From assembly GCA_030141605.1 (NCBI GenBank), contig JAQGDQ010000181.1, positions 124,001 through 188,000 of the forward strand: DNA of 64,000 bases, given 5' to 3'. The stretch comes from Tubiluchus corallicola (lineage: Eukaryota > Animalia > Priapulida). Of the stretch, positions 13,901 through 24,600 are shown one piece after another (positions within the stretch are counted from its first letter, which is position 1; each line of letters begins with the position of its first letter). The notes below the pieces were generated by a model that was not told the origin of the DNA, ran no database searches, and saw only the letters and a program-made list of their open reading frames with translations. The translations under genes and the position numbers were made by a program.

Positions 13901-15120
13901 CTAGACACGATGAACATAATACGTATTTGCATAAAATCTGCCGCAAAATATTGTGACATTGTTTGGCAATATAGAACTTTGTGTAAGACAAGAAAAAGGG
14001 ACCATAAAACATGAGAAGATAAAATTTTGGTAATTGACAAAAAAGTACAGGAACTCAAAAATAAAAATTTGTAATTTCTCATAATGAAAATTGGGGTAAA
14101 GAAACACAATGAGGTAGCAATGATGTGTGTTTCTTGATAATAAACAGAATGCATACAAGAGTATCAAAGCCAAAAGCAGAGTGATAGAAACATATGAAAG
14201 AAAGTAAATCGAAAGTTTCCAGTAGTTTCAATTGAATCCAGAAGGCTAACAGTCAAGGCGGTCATCATAATGCAGCCCATTGTCCTAAATGCAAAATCCT
14301 ATTAACATTGTTTGCACAGTATCAGTCGTAGCTCATTGCCAAGCATTTTATCAGATTTTTAATAGTACAAGTGAAACTAGAAGCAAACGACGCATTTTCT
14401 ATCTTGGTGCAACCTTGGCAATATTGGAAAATCTAGTGGGTAAATTAGCATACAAACAAAATTGGGGGATAAAAGGGATTTGGGGAATGAATACTCTGCA
14501 CAAAAATTTATGTGGAACACTGACATGTGCACTAACATCGTAAGAATATTCAAAAGTCTTACTTAGTACTTTAGTGAGTACAAGGCAGGTGTTTAATTAA
14601 GTATACTTATTAAGTATTACTTTATACTAATACTTAGAACTAGATTTAAGTCCACCAATGCTGTTTCTAGCAAATAAAATTTTATCACGTGTATTAGGGC
14701 AAAGTGGCTATAGAGATAGTACTTATAAAAGTACAGCTAAAGTAACTTTGACCAATGTAACAACAAAGTTATCGTTGTCATTACCGAAATCTTTACAAGT
14801 TGCAGCAACAAATAGATACAGCGTGACTAATAACTGGGCGTCGCCACAGTTGAGCGATCATTCGATCCAATTGGCTAACAAAGAACTGCCTTGCTGGCAG
14901 ATCAACAACCCATTGATCGATTTCAATCACCTCGATTGCTTACCAATAACAGCCTATTTATTGGATTAATTTCCTGCTAAACTAATTTAAAACGTCATAA
15001 AAATGGCCAGTAATACTTCATGAATTCCACAGAAGTAACAATTAATTTGTAACTTACCTGTAGCTCAGGTAGATCAAAGTTTTTCCAATATTGATGCATC
15101 GGCTGCACTTCTGCAGCCAT
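4826..15120 (-). CDS. CUX1: CUX1/cut-CASP locus, 5' portion (shared N-terminal coiled-coil exons 1-3; gene continues beyond position 1)
   Basis: Spliced translation [21 protein letters not shown]|[37 protein letters not shown]|[42 protein letters not shown] matches the CUX1/CASP N-terminus ([25 protein letters not shown]...). All junctions are GT-AG and in phase. Confidence 0.95.
5253..5329 (+). mobile_element. tRNA-derived SINE head / tRNA pseudogene
   Basis: A-box TAGCTCAAATG, D stem GCTC/GAGC, TGTGG/CCACA stem, B-box GTTCGAATC; acceptor stem and anticodon loop are non-canonical. Confidence 0.6.
7534..7644 (-). CDS. CUX1: CUX1/CASP coding exon 2 (111 nt)
   Basis: tttgctag|RELDTSAT...FKKNTPE|gtaagt, phase 0-0. 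Confidence 0.95.
8220..8535 (+). repeat. Dispersed repeat (Kolobok-like TTAAAGG end); related copies at about 62230-62530 (+) and 30535-30660 (-)
   Basis: Shared blocks ttttgaagtacg, aggcgagc, atcacaactga, ctgtacaacattca, aaatttcaagttta. Confidence 0.7.
15058..15120 (-). CDS. CUX1: CUX1/CASP coding exon 1 (63 nt)
   Basis: ATG at 15120, [21 protein letters not shown], donor CAG|GTAAGT. Confidence 0.93.
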
Positions 15121-15380
15121 CTTCACGCATCGCTCTCCTGAATGTGTTTTGGTCACATGATTCACACGCTTAAATACTCTGTGTAGCCGGGCTCACGTTG
15201 CTGATTTCTAATTTCACAATTATAGAAAAATAAACTAGCAGTAAAAAATTAAAAAACTAAGCAGTATTTTATTTTGCCTAAGTTCTTGTACACTTTTTAA
15301 TCACGGATTATTTAAATATAAAAAAAGGAAATTTTAAGGCACTTGACCCACAGGATCTGGCGCTCTTCTAAAACAAAAAT
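15121..15380. promoter_or_regulatory. Bidirectional promoter shared by CUX1 (-) and NUP88 (+)
   Basis: The two ATGs are 260 bp apart, head-to-head; GTCACATGA E-box at about 15152-15160; YY1-like AAGATGGC overlapping the CUX1 start. Confidence 0.8.
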
Positions 15381-15656
15381 ATGGCAGCGGTCTATGATGA
15401 AAAGTTTTGGTGGCGTTTACTTCAAAATCTCGATGTTTTTAAAAATATACGAGCAGAAAACAAAGAAAAGCAACACCAAGATAGCCTGAGAATAATAACA
15501 GTTGACGGCTGTCTTTTATTTGTTTGGAGTGCAAAATATTTATGTTTATTATGCACGAACTTCAACACTTTGCTGTCATCGAAACAATCTTCAATTGATA
15601 GTGCAAATTCTAATACTTCTGATGTGTCAGACAGCTTGCATGATTCTGGTTTTCAG
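15381..15656 (+). CDS. NUP88: NUP88 exon 1
   Basis: MAAVYDEKFWWRLLQ...DSGFQ|gtgcat, phase 0. Confidence 0.85.
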
Positions 15657-18600
15657 GTGCATTTCAGTATAGTACCTAAAAATGAGATCTTGTTAGTCGT
15701 GATATCAAGAAGGTCATGTTTGATACAACCTTTATCTGAATCACGAATTTTGAGTCCTGAGTATCACTAGGCTTAGTATCACTATGAATAGTAAATTAGT
15801 ATGATGGTTATTAGCATATTGTAGTACTCAAGTTTTTTGCACTCGTTGCGCTAGTACAATACAATGGTGTACTGAAACTGTTGAGACAACATTACAATAT
15901 AATGAAAACAGATTTATAAAATGAAGTTACAGAATAGTTATGAATGAAATGGGTATAGACTATAGGCCTAGTCTTGTCAGTCCTCTTTGTAGGAGATTAC
16001 TACTATTGTTATCAAGTATGCATCCTACTCAGCCTGAACATAACAAAATGTTATGTGCTCAACGAATGACAGTAATCTACTATTTCCCTAGTCACGCCAG
16101 AAAAGAGATGCGACCATTGCAAGATTATAGCGCAGTATAATCAGGCCTAATTATAGTTAACTATTTATTATAGAATAATTTAGCGCAGACATAATTTTGA
16201 TTAGAAGATTTTGTTTTCAATTATTGTGGGCAAATGGTAACAATCACATTTAGTAATTTTTTATGTGGTTTTCAGTATCTTGTCTGCACAACAGTTCCAA
16301 ATTTTGAGGTAACAACAATTTCTCTCAATCGAACTGGCCACCTGGTAGCACTCAGTGGTATTAATGGTGTCTCCATACTGGAACTTCCACGCAGATGGGG
16401 CAAGCGTGGAGAATTTGAAGGAGGCAAGCAAAAAGTCATATGTAGGTATGTATGAGCTGTTCGGCTGTCCTAACTATTTGCATTTTATATGCATTTCTGC
16501 ATTTGTGTGCTTGCATACCAAAAACGTCCATAATTCGGCATAGTTAAAACTACGTTATGATGCTTCAAAGTAAAATGTAGCAAAAATTTGGACAAATGTC
16601 AATTTTTTGTATTGTATAAAAAAACACTTCTAAATATATTGAACTTTTATATTCTAGCATCAAATTATCAAGAAAGACTTCAAAAAAACTCCTTACCCAC
16701 TTTTCTGTCTAGAAACTAGTACTGCAATTGTAAAAAAACTCCTGTTTTCGAACTCCAACTGTAGCTCGGGAAAGCAGCCATTTTGTTTTGGTTTTTTCTG
16801 TTGTCAAGCCCAGATTGTCATCAAAATGAACCGTTTACTACATTTAAACATAACTTCAATGTGTTCTTGCAAAGCCCTTGGCAAGCAGCATTTGTGCAGT
16901 TGCTAAGTGTTTTGTAGAAACTCGACAAAAAACAATGGTGGATTTTAACAGCGCTTTTCTTAAGATTATGTTTTTCAGTGCGTAGTATACACCTCAACTT
17001 CAATATGGATTGTCTCAGCTTGGAAATAACATAGAGCTATGAGCTTGGTATCAAAACAATCTTCATCAAATGTAGATTCAGGATATGTAGATAACTTAAA
17101 AAACTTAATTGCTGACTTATGGATGATTTTGCTATGCAATCACACATTTGTTAAATTCTGTGCATAAATGTTTTTCTCTATTTAAATTGTTTAAAGAAAG
17201 TGTAAGTTAGTTGTGTGTTGTAACTGCTTTTCTTCATTATCCACACAAGATTTGTCAAAAAATGCTAGAGGAAAGACAAAAGACCAGAGGGTGTCACGAA
17301 GTGTTACTATGTGTTTCCTAAAACATGGTTCTCAGCCTGGGGGGTCGCAAACCCCTAAGGGTTCACAGCACAGTTTACTTGGATACTTGGATGACTAGCA
17401 AAAACGTGCCAGTACTTAGTTTTTAACGTGCATAGAGAGAAACTGACTGTAATTAATGTGTGTTTGCATCAGTTTGCATAAAAAATAGATAATCAATGTG
17501 TATAGGCTGATTGATCATGTTTTATCTCTAGTATGATTTATTTTCCCTGTGTGTGTGTTTATATCCATGGAATTTGTTCTTTGAAGCTGCAAACTTGTAT
17601 AAGCTTAGTTATTGCCACATTGATTTTAAAAAATTCCTTTCTATTTACTTAATATAGTATAGTTTGAGATGTCATTGCTTAAACCTCTGTATATATTTGT
17701 TGAAATCTGAACCATTGCGATGCCATTGCATATTTCATTAGCCTTACTATACTGATATTTTACACTGTGTTTATTACATGTACTGAGTGAATTTTGTAAA
17801 GGTGTACGGGTTGACGGTCCGATATTTGTGGCAGTACTAAAAAAGGGTTGAGTATCCTTGCATTTCACAAATATCACAGACAAGTATTTTCAAGTCTTGA
17901 TTACTAAAGTTATTATGTTAAATAATTTAAAACTATTGTAGTATTTCAATTCAATTTTATTTTATTAACTCCGCAAGGATTAGCAAAATACAGTATTAGG
18001 AACACATGCAATATTATGTAACAAAGGAGAAGGGCAGCAAAGAACCCGTAGGTTATCTAGTCAGCCACCCTTAAATAGCTAGGATTAAATAAAATTCAGA
18101 AAAAATTCAGAAAAATTTTACGGATGTGAAACATGGACTCTGTACCGCCAAGACCTGAAAAAACTCGAACAGTTCCACCAGAAAAAGCTTCGCTCAGTTT
18201 CCAACATCAGATGGGATGATTATGTCACCAATAATTCAGTTCTCGAGAGATTCAACACCACTAGTATAGAAGCTATGATTACGAAACATCGGCTAAGGTG
18301 GGCAGGTCATGTAGCACGTATGGACGAAAACAGACTTCCCCGAAGGATCCTCTTCAGTGAGCTGAGCACTAGAAAACGCCCCCTGGGCCGCCCTAGGCGC
18401 CGCTACAAGGACCAACTAAAAGAAACCCTGCAATCAGCAAGGATCGATCCAGAAACCTGGGAGCAGACAGCGCGGCAGCGAACAAAGTGGAGAAGAGTCA
18501 TCCAGGAAGGGACTGAGCATTTTGAAACAACCAGACGAGCAGCAATTGAAGCCAAACGTCAACGAAGGAAAGAGAAGGCCCGTCAACCTCAGGTAACTCC

Positions 18601-21600
18601 CACCATCCAATGTGACAAATGCACCAGAATGTTTCGAGCAAGGATCGGGCTGTTAAGCCACCAACGTGCCCACCACAGCTAGTAACTTCGACCGAAAGGA
18701 CAATACTCGGAAACGAGTGAAAGCCGACGACGACGAAATAAAATTAATTTTGGCACCGTTCTCAATTTAAATTTGAATTCTGTTGACATGTGTATTTGGC
18801 AATTAAATGATGGGAAATGCAATACTCTAGAACATTATAATTAAAATAACGAAAAATTTACAATTCTAAAATATTGTGAATATGCGAAGCAAACAAAATA
18901 AAAATAACTTAAGATTTTTAACATAACAGAAAATGCATAATTTGCACATTAACTTCAAAATCCAGCAAAAAACAAAAAACAGTAGAATGGTCTCCTAAAG
19001 ATGTCGAGAAAAAGAATATAATAAATTAAACCAAGGAAAAATAAGGCAAATGTAAATCATAAAAAACAAAACAAAAAAACAGAAGCAAATAAGAAAAAGC
19101 AAAACTGAAATGTTGTAATAATAACATCAATGACTGAAGCTGTCGAGAAAGAGAATATAATAAATTAAATCATCAAAAAACTAAATCAACTGTAAATAAG
19201 CAAATATTTTATTTGCTTCTTATTTCATTGTTTATAGTAGTTGCCAAATTAAAGATTATTTGTGTTGTTAACATTAAACAACATGTTTTTTGCACAATTA
19301 CATTTTGAAAATTAAAGATTAGTTCACTACAAACTAATTTTAATCTACTATCTGTTTTTTCCTTTTGTTAGGACAAAACCAATTGGCGAGCGCCTTTTTC
19401 TTTCAAGCAGCAAGGAAAAATTGTTGCAAGCTAGCTGGCATCCAGGAAGTGAAACTGACACACACCTACTGCTACTAACCTCTGACAACTATCTCAGGTA
19501 GTTTATGCCTTGAACTCCAACCACTTTTTCATTGCCATCAGTTGCTGAAGCCCACAATAGGTTGAACTTTTCCAGAAGTGAATTTTTTAATCTATGCTGT
19601 CAACTCTTATAATAAACAAATATTAAGAGAGATTATTTCCAGTCTCTTAGCCTTCATGTCAAGATTGAGGAAATGTTGATTGACCTCTTACAAATGGTCA
19701 CAATGGACTATTTAGTAAATGCAGAAATATGTCACTACTTTGTAAAATTTTGTTAGATCACCATTCTTAAATTATTATCAATGCTATAGAGCAGTAAACA
19801 GCCCCACATCCTGACCTTTAATGTAAGTTAGCCTTGGTTGGCTTTGCCTAGAGCTTAAGCTACATTTAGGTCTATCTTTGCTTAACATGATAAAATAGAA
19901 TTGGATTACTGATTACCTATTTAGCTTTATGCATGCTGCAATGGTTTGATAGTTTGACTGTGCCCATTATAGAACTTTGGCTTCCCTGTCTGCATCATGT
20001 AAGAAATCAGATTATGACAGCAGTATATTATTGTTATCAAGACTTATCACTACTACATAGTGCCATGATGCCTTTTATAATAAACAGTATCAGCCGTTGA
20101 AGCATTTTTATTGCATCATAATTGCATTTAAGTTATTTCATTAGATACTGAAAGCAAAGTTTGCCTGAGAATTAATCTAACTATGTACTGATGACCTGTT
20201 CGCTAACCATATCAATTTAAAGTCAAACTAAATTCTCTCTAAATATATACCTTTTCAACTTAAGCCTACTCTCATTACAAATATTCAATTTATTTTATCA
20301 TAAACTTACTATAAAATTTGTTTCTTTTGATGATTTATCACCTTGTTTTGCGGGTTTAAATTTGAAGAACCGCCATTTTTTGTTGCGCGAGACGAATGCC
20401 GTTATGAGTACATTCACGAGGTCACCAAAGATCAGCAACCAAAGACGCTTTCTGTACCTCATTCTCTCTCACTCGCACCAAAGTCGCAAAACATGACAAT
20501 CTCTACGGCAATGCACCCTTTGAATTTCTCCAGAAAAACGTAAGTTATGTGATTTATAAATCTCTTTTGTTTAATAGTAACTGTTAATTCTTTGTGTAAT
20601 CATAATAATGCGTTAAAAAACTTCAATGTTTGTTGGGGTTATATAGGCCTTTAAGAATAAAATTCAGTCTACTAGAGGCTATGTTATGCTTCATTAGTAT
20701 AGTGCAAATCTATTTTCAAGGTTTTTTGAGGGTTCTTCATATTTCCTACAGTCCTGCTGTTGCTGCAAATTGAATGTAGGATGACAACCCCGACAATTTT
20801 TTCATCATTATATATGCACATGAAGTACATCTCGTCCTACTCTTTATTTGACTTACCGTTCCCTTTAAATAATTTATTTTAAGTGAATTTGAATTTTTTC
20901 TGTTTATATTTAAAATTGAAAACATGATTTGTAGTTGAAACACCACAACTTTATTAAAGCCTTTAATATACATAGTTAAAAAAATCATGTCAAACGTTTC
21001 GACAGAGCTACTGTTGTCATCATCAGTGGCAAAAGGTAAGCAGTAGTGACTGCAATAGCTCTGTCGAAACGTTTAACATGATTTGTTTAACTATGTAAAC
21101 TAAAAGTTTTAATAAAGTTGTTACGTTTTAACTATAAATTTTTTTAAGTGCCTGTAATAAGAAATTGACTTGGGTTATGATTTGTTTCATTTTGGCAGCT
21201 TTTTTCAAATACAGAAATTTAGCAGCTTGCCATTATCAAAAAGACCTTTAGAAACCTGGCCTTTTTTCATTTTGCGTCTTTCTATTCCAGGTAATCATTC
21301 AATTTTAAAAACGAACACAATATTTACAAGCTGGACTTGCGTGCAAGAGTTACCATTTAGGTATTATTATCCATCACCCACTTACACAGTCTAATTTATA
21401 ATTGCATTTCATTGCAGGTTGTATAACTTCACTAGACCAGATGTGCCTGAACATGTATACTCACTTGGAGACATTAGCCAGCCTCTTTCTGCATCTGGGT
21501 CATTCACTGCCTCTACATCTTTTGCACTGGGTGAGGCAGCTGTGGCGTTTGATTTTGGGCCGGTTGTCAACGAGGAGAACGCAGCAAAACAATGGCCTGT

Positions 21601-24600
21601 GTACATTCTGTTTGGAAATGGCGATGTGTATTGTCAACAAACTAGTCTTCAAGAAATTAAAAGGTTTTTGTAAACTTATAAATCTTGTTTTGACTTAGAA
21701 ATTAGATCTGGAAACATTATTTACTTTGAAAATTACGAAAGTGGTATCATAATGTTTTATAATTGATCATTGTTTTGGCAAATGAGCTTATGCGATTCGC
21801 TTAAGCAAATTTAGTGTTGATAACGCAGCTGTGAAATGTGAATGGCACGAGCTGTGTGTTATTAATTAATAATAATTTATGTATTTTTTAATGCATTTTG
21901 CCTGATGATCAAATGCATTTTACAAGTAAAAGACATAATTAATAAAAAATTAATTCATGAGATATCTAAGACACATGGCACATTATTTGATTAAAACAAA
22001 ATTGCATATGGAAAATCATAAAAACAGAAAATTAGGTAAAATAATAAAAGAAATGCCAGAAAACATACACAAACTTAAAAAATACGTGTGTCTTCAAATT
22101 TTTTTTAAAACTGTCAAGTTACTTAATCTGTTGTAACTGCATCAGTGAAGAATTCCAGAGTTTTGAGCAGCAGCACTGAACGATTTGTCATAGCATGTGA
22201 CAAGCTTGGTACGTACGATGTCAAGATTAATAAATGTATGGAACACTGCCATTTGAAGTTGTAAATGCCCCTAACTTAACTACTTTTTAAACTCGCTTCC
22301 ACAGCCATCTCTACCAAAACTCGTAATGTTTTTTTATAATTTTGTACTTTCTGTTAATTGTTATTGTCATAGCTACGTAAAGTTTAGTACCAATGTTTAC
22401 ACTTACATTATTGTACTGTATGATATGCTGCTCTATGTTGTCCCCTTAGTACGGGTAATTTAAATTATTGTATTTTCTTGTAATTTTTGGTTACCAGTCG
22501 AGCTACAATTACCCATAAATAATAATAATAATAATAATAAAGATTACTTCCGTTTGAGCTAAATCTTAAAGCTCTGTGAGGGACATATCGTTTAAGAAAG
22601 TCTGATATGTAAGTACGAGCAAAACCATTAATTGCTTTGTAAGTTACCAAATTCATTAAATTTATTTCAGGGTATCTAGTGCAAAACGATTGCAGGGACC
22701 TCTCACCATGTATCCCGCTGCTGAGGATAACTATGGAGTAGACGCCTGTAGTATCATATGCCTACATTCTGTACCACCTGTACTTGTAGTTGCAACTTGT
22801 ACAGGAGATCTCTATCATTGTGTTCTACTTGATGCCGATGATGCTAGTGTACGTACAATAAAAATTCACCTGCAATTCTGTTTTGTGGTGATAGGTGAGA
22901 AAAGCTAAACATGTAACTTTGATTAGATGTGTTAAGTTCTTAACCAAATTGATACTTATTTGACGGTACCAACAGCTTCCAGTACCTGCTTACTGCTTCT
23001 TGTTAATTTCTTGGCTCAAACTAGGTGTCTAGTGACTGAACTATTTGAATTAGCACATACTGTTCCTCGGGGCTTAACTTAACACTTTCACCTGACTGAT
23101 ATGAAGTACATATTTGATATCCATGCCACTTGTGCAAGCTCTCCCAATACAGCGATCACATTTGCCCGTTAAACAGGTCTGCCCCATACATGGTTAGGTC
23201 ATTATTGTTTCTTTCATTCTAAACTAGGCTTATGTTAAATTATGGATCTGCCTCTTTAGTACACCATTTACCATTGTGATGGATCCAATTTTTTAATAAA
23301 AATTTAGAATTTTTGGAGGAGGTCATTAGTTCTGTTATAGGACATCACTGGCTTCATTTAAACATATAGTTGTAGGTTGGCAAAAATTGTGTGAATCTCA
23401 CTTGAAAAGCTAGTGTTTTTTTTCATTATTTTTAAACCAAACGATTACAATTCCAGTTCCCAAACACCGGCACTTGTATATTGACTTCGTATAATATACT
23501 ATCTAACCGCATTTAACAGCAGGATTTGATTAATCTATGTTGGTCAGTAGCTTGTCAAAAATCAAAGGCAATAGACAGCATAAAATGCTGAATAGTGTTG
23601 CAAACATGGTTGTCATTAACCATAAAAGTTGTTCATATAAGTAATTTTTTTCATTGCGAACATAAAATGTGACAGCAACGATATGTTACTTTTTCCTTTT
23701 AGTAATGAATAACATGCTACTTTTTAGAACAGACTTTTATTGCATACCAGTAAATATTTTATTTTTTGTATTTAAACATTTTAACCTTACAAACTCATAG
23801 TGCTATCAGAGTATTGAATACCATTATTCTAGTTTGCTACAGTAGTTTGTCCAGATTTTCGGCATTTCTGTCAAATACGCATTCGAAAAGATGCACTTGT
23901 AAGTTTAGTTTGACTGAATCAAAGTTAGTAAATATAACAATTTACAGTTTGAAACTTTCATCATTCTAGTCACCAGAAGAATCATCCTTCACCAATGATG
24001 GCGCCAGTGCAGCAGATTCTATGATATACGTGTACGAGAAGGTTGAATTAGAGCTTTCATTGACAACGCCTTCACTTGACCTTAGTGAGATCGTAGAGGA
24101 TGTTTTTACCTGCCCTATACTCTTACATAAAGGTGTGAAATTCATCTATCTAAGTAATGAGCATAAAGAGAATAGTATTGGAGATTGAATTTTTATTTTT
24201 CAGCTCAGATACTAAGGTATGATTTCATTTAGTTTGAACTCTTGCTTTTCTAGATCCTGGGACAATCGGGCGATACTTTTGTACCCACAATGCAGGTGTT
24301 CACTGCGTCGCCCTTCCATGGATCCATAATTTACAACATGTGGCTAAGCCAGGTATGGTTGTTTACGTATAAAATTGGCAGCTTCATAGAACGCAATTAA
24401 ATTTGTGAACACAAAACATGAACACTTTTTTACTTTATTGGATGTCTGTGCTGCTGCAACATTTTTGATTTCCTTGCAAGTCAGCTATATATTTTTGTAC
24501 ATTAGTTTTAGCTTCGGATTTAGTTTCAGTCCATACATTTAAATGTTCTACGTGTTCAACAACGAAATTGTTACTTAGGTTGTACAAAAGTCACTTTTAT

